Assembly (NCBI GenBank): GCA_012517195.1
Contig: JAAYVK010000064.1
Span: 1,460-65,459 of the forward strand
Reading direction: 5' to 3'
Length of the DNA stretch: 64,000 bases
From: Synergistaceae bacterium
Lineage (GTDB): Bacteria; Synergistota; Synergistia; Synergistales; 79-D21
A model generated the notes under the pieces. It was not told where the DNA came from. It saw nothing but the letters and a program-made list of their open reading frames with translations, and did no database searches. Positions 29,351 through 38,687 of this stretch are shown here, piece by piece (the first letter of the stretch is position 1; each line of letters starts with the position of its first letter). A program made the translations under genes and the position numbers.

Positions 29351-29395
29351 GCTTATCCCGACTACCCCCTTGGCGACTGGATGAAAAAATCGCGA

Positions 29396-29815
29396 TTAAT
29401 CCTGAGCGTGAGCTTCTTTCTCGAACAAACCGGCAAGGCTGAAACCGGCAACAGGCGCTTTCGGCCCGGAATCCGGCCGTAATGCGACAGAATGGGTGGG
29501 GCGAGCCAGAGGCGGGACCGTCACGACGGCAACCCCGCCGTCCGCTACCATGCCCATTTTTGCACTCGCCACACTATACACTCTTGATGGAGATAGTAAA
29601 GAAGCCAGTTTGTTTCTCAAATCGAGTTCAAGCTCCTGGTAGTTTTCAATAGTCTCGTTGAGGCGGGTCAGCCGCTGTTCGAGGCTCATGTTGTAAATCC
29701 GCAACCCTCCGAGCCCCATGACGAGAACCCCGATAAAGACCGCCACGGCCGCAAATGCGGAATGCGCCCGCCCTTTTCGCTGCATCCGTTTTCGATTCCC
29801 GACCGGAGACGGCAT
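29396..29815 (-). CDS. ftsL: FtsL-like cell division protein (short cytoplasmic tail, one TM, coiled coil)
   Basis: 139 aa with TM FAAVAVFIGVLVMGLGGL followed by a heptad-like region. Conserved slot between rsmH and ftsI. Call is based on position and architecture. Confidence 0.55.
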   Translation of the reverse strand: MPSPVGNRKRMQRKGRAHSAFAAVAVFIGVLVMGLGGLRIYNMSLEQRLTRLNETIENYQELELDLRNKLASLLSPSRVYSVASAKMGMVADGGVAVVTVPPLARPTHSVALRPDSGPKAPVAGFSLAGLFEKEAHAQD

Positions 29816-29821
29816 CCCCCT

Positions 29822-30742
29822 TCACCTCCCTGGATCGATTTCTCTACCCTGCATCCGGAAGACGCGCAGCATTGCGCTCCTTGACTTGTAATTGCGCTGG
29901 ACCTCTTCCGGGGAAGCCTGAATCGCCTTTCTCGGCATCCGTCGCCCCCTACCGTCCTTTTCCCACTCGTTGAAGGCATGTTTGACGATCCTGTCTTCAA
30001 GGGAGTGGTAACTGACGACCAGGACACAACCGTTTTCACTGACGGACAGAACCGCCTGGTTCAAACCCTCACGCAGGGCTTCCATCTCGTCGTTCACTGC
30101 GATCCGGAGGGCCTGAAAAACCCTCCTGGCCGGATGCCGGTTCATTTTCCGCTGAAGCGGCGCCGGAAGGGCGTTTCGAATCACATTCACCAATTCCGCC
30201 GTTGTCAGGATCGGGCCCTTCTGATCCCGGTGTTTCACGATCCCCCTGGCAATCGTTGCGGCATGCGGTTCTTCCCCGTAATCCCGGAAAAGTCTTCGCA
30301 ATTCGGCTTCGGACAGGTTGTTGATCAAGTCCTCCGCCGTCGTTTCGCCTCTGCCCATCCGCATGTCAAGAGGCCCCTCCTCCTGGAAGGAGAATCCCCT
30401 TTCCGACAGCGACAGCTGGAGATTGGAAACGCCCAGGTCGAAGACCACTCCATCCGGTTTTCCCCAACCGGTCTCACTGATAATCTGCTGGAGGCACCGG
30501 AAGTTTCCCTCGGCAACACGGAAACGGCCTGCCGCTAGCGGGCCTGACAGCCGTTCGAGGGTCCGCTTCAGGGCCATCGGATCCTGGTCGATCCCGAGGA
30601 CCCTGCAGGAGGGCCACTCGAGGAGGAACCGCTCTGCGTAGCCTCCTAGTCCCACCGTGGCATCAACGATAAAACGGGGGGAGAATTCCCTGGCCAGCTG
30701 AGTCACGACTTCTTCGAGGAGTACAGGGACATGCTCGATCAA
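29822..30742 (-). CDS. rsmH: 16S rRNA (cytosine1402-N4)-methyltransferase RsmH (MraW)
   Basis: HVPVLL, DATVGLGG and SYHSLEDR motifs. Overlaps the mraZ stop. Confidence 0.93.
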   Translation of the reverse strand: MIEHVPVLLEEVVTQLAREFSPRFIVDATVGLGGYAERFLLEWPSCRVLGIDQDPMALKRTLERLSGPLAAGRFRVAEGNFRCLQQIISETGWGKPDGVVFDLGVSNLQLSLSERGFSFQEEGPLDMRMGRGETTAEDLINNLSEAELRRLFRDYGEEPHAATIARGIVKHRDQKGPILTTAELVNVIRNALPAPLQRKMNRHPARRVFQALRIAVNDEMEALREGLNQAVLSVSENGCVLVVSYHSLEDRIVKHAFNEWEKDGRGRRMPRKAIQASPEEVQRNYKSRSAMLRVFRMQGREIDPGR

Positions 30743-31164
30743 AAGCCGTCAACCTCCTCGGCAATCTCCGGCAGGGTTTCCAGAACCCTGGTCCTGTAAC
30801 GGTTCCACTGTTCGGAGTCCCATACCTCCAGATGGTCAAGAACCCCGTTGATACTGACCTCCTGGTCGATTCCCGCCTGCTCCCTGAGGGATTGCGGCAG
30901 TAGAACACGGCCGGCGGGATCCATCGGTAGCTCATGGGCGGATGCAAGAAGCACCCGGATCAGATCCCTGGTTTTCCCCTTTGAATAGGGCAGGTTGTGA
31001 AGCTTTTCCAGAATTCCTTCCCAGCTTTTCAGCGAATAGATGGACACACAGCGGTCGATTCCGAAAGAGGCCACGACACTGTTCCCGAGTTCCTCCCGGA
31101 ACCGGGCAGGGATCACGAGGCGTCCTTTTGAGTCCAGCCTGTGTTCAAATGTCCCCACCAGCAT
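30739..31164 (-). CDS. mraZ: transcriptional regulator MraZ
   Basis: MLVGTFEHRLDSKGRLVIPARFRE and a second DP.GR..LP half (duplicated SpoVT/AbrB-like fold). Start set at ATG 31164 with SD GGGAGG plus 7 nt. Confidence 0.9.
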   Translation of the reverse strand: MLVGTFEHRLDSKGRLVIPARFREELGNSVVASFGIDRCVSIYSLKSWEGILEKLHNLPYSKGKTRDLIRVLLASAHELPMDPAGRVLLPQSLREQAGIDQEVSINGVLDHLEVWDSEQWNRYRTRVLETLPEIAEEVDGF

Positions 31165-31174
31165 CGGAAAACCT

Positions 31175-31228
31175 CCCACAAAATGACACTTTATCCCACT
31201 TATGCCCACTTTATCACTTCACACCCAC
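31175..31228 (-). promoter_or_regulatory. array of GTGGG / GTG direct repeats with ~10-bp phasing in the mraZ leader (candidate MraZ operator)
   Basis: Minus strand GTGGGtgtgaaGTGataaaGTGGGcataaGTGGGataaaGTGtcattttGTGGGagg. The repeats end at plus-strand positions 31228, 31217, 31209, 31199, 31189 and 31179. Confidence 0.55.
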
Positions 31229-31343
31229 TAGGTATGATTCTTTTGAATCAAATAAACTGTATTACTATGGGAGGAAGGTCCTATTTTTAGCGTCTGTTCA
31301 TTCGGCTGGCGCTGCTTTTCGATCTGGAAGAGGGGCAGGGGAC

Positions 31344-31368
31344 AAAAAAAGCCCCCCTGACGGGGGGC
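31344..31368 (-). terminator. rho-independent terminator of rnpB
   Basis: Minus strand GCCCCCC-GTCA-GGGGGGC followed by TTTTTTT. Confidence 0.8.
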
Positions 31369-31720
31369 CGGGGAGTATCCCATAAGCCGGGTTCTGTCAA
31401 GAACGACCATTTATCTAGACTTGGACTTGCGCCCAAGTTCAAGCGACCGTACCCGGGGGTCAGCGGGCCGCCTCATCCCCCCCTATTCGGTCTTGCTCCG
31501 GACGGGGTTTGCCTAGCCTGCAGGTCACCCTGCAGCTGGTGGGCTCTTACCCCACCTTTTCACCCTTGCCGGCAGCGGGGCCGGCGGACTGTTTCTGTGG
31601 CACTTTCCTGAGGTTCGCACCTACTGGAAGTTATCCAGCGTCCTGCCCTATGGAGCCCGGACTTTCCTCTCCCGCCGCTTGAAAAAGCCGGCGGCAGCGG
31701 CCGTTTGTGATACTCCCCGG
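31368..31720 (-). ncRNA. rnpB: RNase P RNA, bacterial type A
   Basis: Minus strand contains GAGGAAAGTCCGGGCTCCATAGGGCAGG, AGGGTGAAAAGGTGGGGTAAGAGCCCACC and ACAGAACCCGGCTTATG. The P1 helix is formed by CCGGGGAGTATC (31720-31709) and GATACTCCCCGG (31379-31368). A TAAAAT -10 candidate lies at 31730-31725. Confidence 0.93.
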
Positions 31721-31752
31721 ATCCATTTTACCCCAGAACCGCGCTTGTTGGC

Positions 31753-32268
31753 CTATTTCAGGGAAGCGTGCAAAAACGCAAGTTCCACGTAGGACGCTGC
31801 CAGTTCACGGATCCGGTCCCGTTCTTCCGGCAGAATCGAACGGACCACTCTCGCCGGGACCCCCATGAGCAGGCTTCCGGGAGCGACCTCTTGCCCCTCC
31901 GGTACAAGGCTTCCCGCCGCAACAACTGAGCCTTCCCCAATATGGACCCCATCGAGCAGGATCGCCCCCATCCCGATCAGGCATTCCCGGTCAACGACGC
32001 AGCCATGAAGGATTGCGCCGTGTCCCACGGTCACGTCCGGACCTATCCTGACGCCCCGTTCGCGAGTGACATGCAGGACGGCTCCATCCTGGACGTTGGA
32101 CCGGGTCCCGATCCGAATGCTGTTCAGGTCCCCTCTCACAATGGCTCCATACCAGACGCTCGAGTCCTTTTCCAGGAAGATCGAGCCCACGAGAACGGCG
32201 GAGGCGGCAACAAAGGCCGCTTCCGCCGTTTCCAGCTTCCAATTGCAGGGAAATTCCCGCTTTTCCAT
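31753..32268 (-). CDS. gamma-class carbonic anhydrase-like / left-handed beta-helix (hexapeptide repeat) protein
   Basis: 171 aa. The repeated hexapeptide pattern, the WYGAIVRGD and GHGAILHGC motifs match the YrdA/PaaY/CaiE family. Confidence 0.8.
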   Translation of the reverse strand: MEKREFPCNWKLETAEAAFVAASAVLVGSIFLEKDSSVWYGAIVRGDLNSIRIGTRSNVQDGAVLHVTRERGVRIGPDVTVGHGAILHGCVVDRECLIGMGAILLDGVHIGEGSVVAAGSLVPEGQEVAPGSLLMGVPARVVRSILPEERDRIRELAASYVELAFLHASLK

Positions 32269-32279
32269 GATCTTCTGTC

Positions 32280-32906
32280 CTAATGGGACCTGACGATTTC
32301 CTTGATCACCATCAACCGGCTTTGGCTGGAACGCTCCATCTCATCCAATTTCATCGTGATGTCCCGGATCGTTTCCTTGAATGACGGGATCATGACGTGC
32401 TCGAGAGCGTTCACGCGCCGCCGCGTTCTCTCGATTTCAGAAGCCATGAGCTTTAGGGCTTTCTCGTCTGCCGCAAGCTTGATCAGCCGGGAGATCAGCC
32501 GCGAAAACTTCTCCAGTGCGATATCCAGGCTTCCGGGAGAGGTTGCAAGGCCGTAGCTGAGGGTTCCCCCGCCCTGGTTCACGGTGTATTCCGGAACGAC
32601 GACGCTCATGACATTCCTGTAGGCGACTTCCAGGCTACAGGAAGCTCCCGAGATCATCAGAGACTGCTCCAGCATGGCCGGCAAGGTTTGCGCCCTCGCG
32701 AGGAGGAAGCTGCGGTAACACTCCGCCAGCTCGCCCTCCAGCTGTTCCCTCAAGAGCTTGATCGCTCGTGCCCTCCCAAGAAATTCCTTGATGAGGGCAT
32801 CCTGTTTGTCCTTCAGAAGCTTGTGTCCCCTCTTCGCCACCACCAGGCGCTTTTTCAGCCTGGATAGCTCCATGCGATTCGGGTTCACATTCAGTCGCTT
32901 TGCCAT
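32280..32906 (-). CDS. ntpD: V-type ATPase subunit D
   Basis: NPNRMELSRLKKRLVVAKRGHKLLKDKQDAL N-terminus is typical of V/A-ATPase D. Confidence 0.9.
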   Translation of the reverse strand: MAKRLNVNPNRMELSRLKKRLVVAKRGHKLLKDKQDALIKEFLGRARAIKLLREQLEGELAECYRSFLLARAQTLPAMLEQSLMISGASCSLEVAYRNVMSVVVPEYTVNQGGGTLSYGLATSPGSLDIALEKFSRLISRLIKLAADEKALKLMASEIERTRRRVNALEHVMIPSFKETIRDITMKLDEMERSSQSRLMVIKEIVRSH

Positions 32907-32918
32907 GGGTATGCCCCC

Positions 32919-34337
32919 TTAAGACAGAACGGCTTCCGACTCGTTGGCCTCCCGTTCCTTGAGGAGCGGCTTGAGATACTTCTCAACGTAGGCATCCCGC
33001 ACTCGCTTCAGCTCCCGCACGGGGATCATCGTCAGCAATTCCCAGCCGAGAGCCAGGGTTTCTTCGACCGTCCTGTTTTCATATTCGCCCTGCCTGACAT
33101 ACCGGTCTTCAAAGGCATCCGAAAAACGGGCGAACGCCTTGTCTTCATCCGTCAGGGCCCCTTCTCCGAGGATGATCGCGAGTTCCTTCGCTTCCTTGCC
33201 CCGGGCGTATGCAGCAAAGAGCTGGTTCATGAGGTCCGCGTGATCTTCCCGGGTCTTTCCCTTGCCGATCCCCTTGTCTTTCAGGCGGGAGAGCGAGGGC
33301 ATAACATCCACGGGGGGGTAGATCCCCTTCCGGTGAAGGCCCCGGCTTAGAATGATCTGCCCCTCGGTGATGTAGCCGGTGAGGTCCGGGATCGGATGCG
33401 TCTTGTCGTCTTCTGGCATCGTCAGGATGGGCAGCTGCGTGATCGACCCTTTTCTCCCCCTGAGCCGCCCGGCACGCTCGTACATGGTCGCAAGGTCCGT
33501 GTACAGGTAACCGGGGTACCCTCGGCGCCCGGGGACTTCTTTTCGGGCCGCTGAAATCTCCCGGAGGGCTTCGCAGTAGTTGGTCAAGTCCGTCAGGATA
33601 ACCAGAACGTGCATGTCGCACTCGAAGGCCAGGTATTCCGCAGCGGTCAGGGCCAGGCGGGGCGTCGTGATCCGTTCGATTGCCGGGTCGTCCGCGAGGT
33701 TTACGAACATGACCGTCCGTTCGATCGCACCGGTTTTCCGGAAGTCTTCCATGAAAAACGAGGCTTCTTCAAAAGTGATCCCCATTGCGGCAAACACGAC
33801 TGCAAAGGCTTCGTGCCCGCTGATGACCGCCGCCTGGCGCGCGATCTGCGCCGCCATCCGGTTATGAGGGAGACCGCTTCCGGAAAAAATCGGGAGCTTC
33901 TGACCCCGAACCAGGGGGTTCATTCCGTCGATGGTCGAAATCCCGGTCTGGATAAATTCTGACGGGAAATCCCGGGAATAGGGGTTGATCGGGTTTCCGT
34001 TGATGTCCAGCAGGGCCTCGGGAATCACCCCGGTTCCTCCGTCCAGGGGCTCTCCACGGCCGTTGAAGATGCGCCCCAGCATGGTCCGGCTTACCGGGAG
34101 GGTCAGGACCTTTCCGAGAAAACGCACTTTGGTGGATTCGCAGTCAATGCCCGTCGTCCCTTCGAAAACCTGGACCAGGGCCTTGTCCGTCGTGATTTCG
34201 AGGACGCGCCCCCTTCTCCTCTCCCCGGAAGCCAATTCAATTTCCACAAGCTCGTCGTAGCGGACCTCGTTGACTTTCTCGACAACCATCAGCGGGCCCG
34301 AAAGGTTGGTGATGGTTCGGTACTCCCTAGGCAACAT
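32919..34337 (-). CDS. ntpB: V-type ATPase subunit B
   Basis: [16 protein letters not shown]-terminus and the non-catalytic nucleotide-site region. Start taken at ATG 34337 (ORF track gives GTG 34346). Confidence 0.95.
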   Translation of the reverse strand: MLPREYRTITNLSGPLMVVEKVNEVRYDELVEIELASGERRRGRVLEITTDKALVQVFEGTTGIDCESTKVRFLGKVLTLPVSRTMLGRIFNGRGEPLDGGTGVIPEALLDINGNPINPYSRDFPSEFIQTGISTIDGMNPLVRGQKLPIFSGSGLPHNRMAAQIARQAAVISGHEAFAVVFAAMGITFEEASFFMEDFRKTGAIERTVMFVNLADDPAIERITTPRLALTAAEYLAFECDMHVLVILTDLTNYCEALREISAARKEVPGRRGYPGYLYTDLATMYERAGRLRGRKGSITQLPILTMPEDDKTHPIPDLTGYITEGQIILSRGLHRKGIYPPVDVMPSLSRLKDKGIGKGKTREDHADLMNQLFAAYARGKEAKELAIILGEGALTDEDKAFARFSDAFEDRYVRQGEYENRTVEETLALGWELLTMIPVRELKRVRDAYVEKYLKPLLKEREANESEAVLS

Positions 34338-36120
34338 GGACCTCACCCCCAGCCGGCATCAGATTGCCGATTTCTTTCTTGATATCCTCCTCAAGCTGGT
34401 CCAGCAGCTGCAGTTCTTTCTCATCGACGTAGCGCATACGGGTGATGCGTTCCCGGATCTCCATTTCGGTGATGTCCTTCAGGGCGGCTCCCCGCTTCAG
34501 TGCTTCCATCGCCAGATGGTGGAACGTCAGGATGTTCTTCAGCATCTTGAATTGCTTGTCCATCGAAGCGTAAGTGTCTACTTCGTGGAAGGCGTTCTGG
34601 TGAAGGAAGTCTTCGCGGAGGGATTTCGCCGTTTCTAGGATCATCCGCTCCTCTTTGGAGAGGGAATCGATCCCTACAAGGCGAACGATTTCTTTCAGTC
34701 GATCCTCGTCTTCCAGCAACGACATGGCTTCGATGCGATTTTTGGCCCATTCCCCGTCATAAATGCCATCCCAGTACTCTCCAAGTTTCTCGGCGTAGAG
34801 AGAATAGCTGCTCAGCCAGTTGATCGCGGGGAAATGCCTCTGGTAGGCCAGGCTTGCATCCAGGCCCCAGAAAACCTTTGTGACGCGAAGGGTATTCTGG
34901 GTCACGGGCTCGGACAGGTCGCCTCCGGGAGGAGAAACGGCCCCGATGACGCTGACGGCTCCCTCGACTCCCGCCTTTCCAAGACAGATTGCCCTGCCCG
35001 CACGTTCATAGAACGAGGCCAGTCGGGTTCCCAGGTAGGCGGGGTACCCTTCTTCGCCCGGCATTTCTTCAAGTCGGCCGGAAATCTCTCGAAGCGCTTC
35101 CGCCCACCGGCTCGTCGAATCCGCCATCAGGGCGACCGAATACCCCATGTCACGGTAATATTCCGCGATCGTGATCCCCGTATAGATCGAGGCCTCCCGG
35201 GCAGCCACGGGCATGTTCGAGGTATTGGCAATGAGAACCGTCCGTTTCATCAGCGGTTGGCCGGATCGCGGGTCTTCGAGTTCGGGGAATTCCAGCAAAA
35301 CGTCCGTCATCTCGTTTCCCCGTTCTCCGCATCCGATGTAGACCACGATCTCCGCATCGGCCCACTTTGCCAGCTGGTGCTGGATGACCGTCTTCCCGGA
35401 GCCGAACGGTCCCGGAACGCAGGCGGTCCCGCCCCGGGCGATCAGGAAGAACATGTCCACAACCCGCTGACCGGTCGTGAGGGGAACCACCGGGGGAAGG
35501 CGCCTGGCGACTGGACGGGGCGTCCGAACCGGCCAGCGCTGGAGCATCTGGACTTCGCGGCGTTCTTCACCGTCGACTAGAACAGCAATGGTCTCTTCAA
35601 CGGTAAAATCCCCTTCCCGGATCTCCTCGACCCTCCCCTGGATTCCCGGCGGAACCATGACCCGGTGTTCGACCAGAACGGTTTCCTGGACAACCCCGAG
35701 GACATCACCCGAAACCACGAAGTCACCCTTCTTCACTTTTGCCCGGAAGGTCCACCTGCGGGCGCGGTCAATCGCAGGAACGTTGATCCCACGCGAAATA
35801 AAGGGGCTCTGGGCCTTTTCCTCAATTGCGTTCAAAGGACGCTGAACGCCGTCGTAGAACTGCTCGATCATTCCAGGACCGAGTTCTACGCTCAACGGTG
35901 CTCCCGTGCTGATGACCGGCTCTCCGGGCATCAGGCCCGAGGTTTCTTCATAAACCTGAACTGAAGCCAGGTCTCCCTTTAGTTCGATGATCTCTCCGAC
36001 AAGCCCGAGGTTTCCGACACGAACCACGTCGTACATGCCGGCCCCGGTCATTCCGCTAGCAACGACAAGCGGTCCGGAAATTTTGCTGATCTTTCCCTTT
36101 ACAGACTTCCCAACGGCCAC
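34327..36120 (-). CDS. ntpA: V-type ATPase catalytic subunit A
   Basis: Walker [10 protein letters not shown], plus [14 protein letters not shown] near the N-terminus. Start moved to GTG 36120 (SD GGAGG plus 8 nt) from the ORF-track TTG 36168. Confidence 0.95.
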   Translation of the reverse strand: MAVGKSVKGKISKISGPLVVASGMTGAGMYDVVRVGNLGLVGEIIELKGDLASVQVYEETSGLMPGEPVISTGAPLSVELGPGMIEQFYDGVQRPLNAIEEKAQSPFISRGINVPAIDRARRWTFRAKVKKGDFVVSGDVLGVVQETVLVEHRVMVPPGIQGRVEEIREGDFTVEETIAVLVDGEERREVQMLQRWPVRTPRPVARRLPPVVPLTTGQRVVDMFFLIARGGTACVPGPFGSGKTVIQHQLAKWADAEIVVYIGCGERGNEMTDVLLEFPELEDPRSGQPLMKRTVLIANTSNMPVAAREASIYTGITIAEYYRDMGYSVALMADSTSRWAEALREISGRLEEMPGEEGYPAYLGTRLASFYERAGRAICLGKAGVEGAVSVIGAVSPPGGDLSEPVTQNTLRVTKVFWGLDASLAYQRHFPAINWLSSYSLYAEKLGEYWDGIYDGEWAKNRIEAMSLLEDEDRLKEIVRLVGIDSLSKEERMILETAKSLREDFLHQNAFHEVDTYASMDKQFKMLKNILTFHHLAMEALKRGAALKDITEMEIRERITRMRYVDEKELQLLDQLEEDIKKEIGNLMPAGGEVHVA

Positions 36121-36175
36121 ATGGATCGCCTCCAACCTGTTGCATCGTTTTTCGATCAGCCGGTCCAATCACGAT

Positions 36176-36517
36176 TTACTTCACCGAAAAGATGTCCATC
36201 CCGACTGCGCGTTCGACACTCGACTTGATCGATTTGAAACCCAAGCCCCTCGATCCCCGGAGTCCGGGGATGGGAACGATGCTCGTGTCTTCCTTTTCGT
36301 TGATTTCCTCGATCCGTTCCTTCAGGCGCTCGTACCAGTCTTCGACGACAAAGACGACGGCGTACTTCCCCTGGACAAGCTCGTTCAGGATCCTTTTCGC
36401 TTCTGTATCCGCCCCGTCTTCCAGGACGTGCGGTTCAATCCCCACCGCCTGAAAGGGAAGTACGCTCTCATAATCGCCGAGAGCCGCCATCGACCGGTTT
36501 CGGTTAACCGCTGACAT
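36176..36517 (-). CDS. ntpF: V-type ATPase subunit F
   Basis: 113 aa with an ALGDYESVLPFQAVGIE pattern resembling the VIGD.D.V.GF.LAG signature of subunit F. Position between C and A. Confidence 0.75.
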   Translation of the reverse strand: MSAVNRNRSMAALGDYESVLPFQAVGIEPHVLEDGADTEAKRILNELVQGKYAVVFVVEDWYERLKERIEEINEKEDTSIVPIPGLRGSRGLGFKSIKSSVERAVGMDIFSVK

Positions 36518-37520
36518 GCCTCAGCAACCCCCTCAGGACGTCCCTGCTGGCTCCGTTCGCCTTGCCGACAAGGATGATCCGGACATTCTTCGCTTCCATT
36601 TCCTTCAGCCAGAGGTAGTAAAGGACGTACTCCGGAGAAGTGGAACTAAATCGAGTCTGCTCTACAATCCTGAGGACGTAATCGTCCAGTGCTTTTTCAA
36701 CGTCGACGATGAGCCGATCGAAATCTGAGATCTCCTGTAGCTGTGACAGTGCTCCGGTCAGGTCGGTATAAGCCAGCAGTCTTCCCCAGCTTTCCAGGGG
36801 TTCCCCCGTCAGGGAGAGGAGCCGCTCAACGGAAATGATGCCCCCATCGTGCAGGAAACCGGCAATCCGGCTGTTTTCCACCTGCATCCGGCGGAGCCTC
36901 AGGAGGTTTCTCACGTTTTCCGCGTCGATCCTGCCCCGGACCCATTCCACGATCCCTTTCCGCTCAAGTTTTGCAGCCAGCTTCAGCATTTCGGAGAAAA
37001 GCAGATCGTCAAGCTGGCGTTCGATCTCGAGGATGTCATGGAACTGTTCCCACTGAGCAAGAAGCTGAGGGACCGCACTCCTGAGTCCGAAAGGAAGGAG
37101 ACGGTAATCTTCCGACTCGAGCGATTCAATCAAGAACTCGGGGGTAACGTTCCCAAGCCGGGTCAGGAGATCCCAGCGCCGGGAACCGCCGGATTTCTGC
37201 AAAAAGGAGCTCTTCAACAGCACCTTGATGTTATGGAAGTCATACGGCATCTTGCAGAGGGCAACCAGCGCCTTGTCAGGGACAAACTGTTCGGTTTCCC
37301 TGTACACGTAGTTCAGCTCCGCCTCGATGGCCCCGTCGAAAGCGCCCTCGTTCTTCATCTCGACGAGCCAGGAAGAATAGCAGGTCTCATTGAGGACTTT
37401 CAATGCTCCCTGCAGGTCCTCGGCATCCAGCATCCTCTGGAAAGCACCGGAATCCAGGAGGCGATTCTCCATCGCCCTCAGGCGTGCTACCGTATAGCCA
37501 TAACTTTCCGCCTGGGCCAT
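36504..37520 (-). CDS. ntpC: V-type ATPase subunit C (eukaryotic d homolog)
   Basis: YGYTVARLRAMENRLL N-terminus, ~338 aa, all-helical. Start at ATG 37520 with SD GGGAGGTGA. Confidence 0.85.
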   Translation of the reverse strand: MAQAESYGYTVARLRAMENRLLDSGAFQRMLDAEDLQGALKVLNETCYSSWLVEMKNEGAFDGAIEAELNYVYRETEQFVPDKALVALCKMPYDFHNIKVLLKSSFLQKSGGSRRWDLLTRLGNVTPEFLIESLESEDYRLLPFGLRSAVPQLLAQWEQFHDILEIERQLDDLLFSEMLKLAAKLERKGIVEWVRGRIDAENVRNLLRLRRMQVENSRIAGFLHDGGIISVERLLSLTGEPLESWGRLLAYTDLTGALSQLQEISDFDRLIVDVEKALDDYVLRIVEQTRFSSTSPEYVLYYLWLKEMEAKNVRIILVGKANGASRDVLRGLLRHVSG

Positions 37521-37534
37521 TCCCTCACCTCCCG

Positions 37535-38125
37535 TCAATTGGAAAAAAGCTTCTTGACCGTCTCCGCCTCGAGCTCTTCCCTGGCTGTCCGGATCAGCAT
37601 TTCCCAGGAACAGTTCACGTCCACCAGGCCACGCCGGAGAATGAATCCCCCGGTGATCGGAGCCTTCTCTTCAGCCATCTTCAGGTTCCAGCCGTGTTTT
37701 TCATTGCATTGCTGCAACCACGCGGCATCCAGGGCTTTTTCGTCCCGCCCGACAAGAAGCCACTCCTCGCGTGTTTCGACTGCCTGCAAAAGCAAGGTTT
37801 CTGCAAAACGCCTGGCCTCATCCGCCTTCATCCCGCACATGAGCCCTTTTGCCGCTTCAAAGGCCTCGTCGATCAGGGCTCTTCGGGCGGTCAGGTCATG
37901 GTTGTTCACGTCCAGTTTCGCCACGATTTCCTTCCTGCGCAGGATTTCCGGGATTTCCGCTTCCAGGCGCTTTTTCTGGCTTTCCTCCATCCGCCGGATC
38001 TCTTCCTCGGTCTGGCGGTGGATCTTCTCGGCCTGGCTGCGTGCGGAAGAAAGGATTTGTTCCGCCTCAGCCCGGGCATCCTCCTCGATCTTCGCCTTGA
38101 TATCGGTCAGAGACATGCCAGACAC
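37535..38125 (-). CDS. ntpE: V-type ATPase subunit E (peripheral stalk)
   Basis: Long N-terminal charged coiled coil (KIEEDARAEAEQIL...) plus a globular C-terminus. Operon position. An alternative ATG start lies at 38116. Confidence 0.75.
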   Translation of the reverse strand: MSGMSLTDIKAKIEEDARAEAEQILSSARSQAEKIHRQTEEEIRRMEESQKKRLEAEIPEILRRKEIVAKLDVNNHDLTARRALIDEAFEAAKGLMCGMKADEARRFAETLLLQAVETREEWLLVGRDEKALDAAWLQQCNEKHGWNLKMAEEKAPITGGFILRRGLVDVNCSWEMLIRTAREELEAETVKKLFSN

Positions 38126-38130
38126 CCCGG

Positions 38131-38652
38131 CTAGAGCTTGATGCTGTTCATCAGGATGATACTGAGAAGGAGCGCGAGCACCGCGTAGGTTTCAACCATG
38201 GCCGGAAGGATAACGGCTTTACCGATCTCTTCCGGGCGCTTGGAAATCAGCAGGATGGCGCCGGCAGAGGCTTTGCCCTGGGCAACCGCGGAATAATAGC
38301 ATGCGATCGCGATGGGCATCAGGGAACCGAAGATTCCGATCCCCTGCCAGATGGTCACTTTCACGGCGGCTCCTCCGAGCAGGCCCACTTTCAGGATGGC
38401 GAAAAAGGCCGCGAGGAGCCCGTAGATTCCCTGGGTTCCCGGAAGTGCCAGCAGAAGCAGGGCGAGGCCAAACTTACCCGGGTCTTCAGTCATGACTCCC
38501 GCTGCCGCTTCGTCTGCGATCGCGATTCCGATCGCGGACCCGGAACCGGCGAACCCCGCTGCAATTCCCGCCCCCAGGACGGCAATCATTGCTCCAAGCT
38601 GTTCCGACATGGTATTCAAGAGAGTTGCGACAACCTGGTCCATAAGTTCCAT
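38131..38652 (-). CDS. ntpK: V-type ATPase proteolipid subunit K (duplicated 4-TM c subunit)
   Basis: LALPGTQGIYGL, SAVAQGKASAGA and PAMVETYAVLAL closely match my recollection of Enterococcus hirae NtpK (LLPGTQGLYGF, SGIAQGKVAAAG, AAMVETYAILGF). Confidence 0.9.
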   Translation of the reverse strand: MELMDQVVATLLNTMSEQLGAMIAVLGAGIAAGFAGSGSAIGIAIADEAAAGVMTEDPGKFGLALLLLALPGTQGIYGLLAAFFAILKVGLLGGAAVKVTIWQGIGIFGSLMPIAIACYYSAVAQGKASAGAILLISKRPEEIGKAVILPAMVETYAVLALLLSIILMNSIKL

Positions 38653-38687
38653 TCCTCCTTAGTTAAAGTGGGGTTTTCTTCGGTTAA

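Noticed and set aside
36849-38141. 430-aa and 243-aa plus-strand ORFs antisense to V-ATPase subunits C and E
   Set aside because: They are antisense shadows of well-supported genes. Their products are Ser/Arg/Pro-rich with no motifs.
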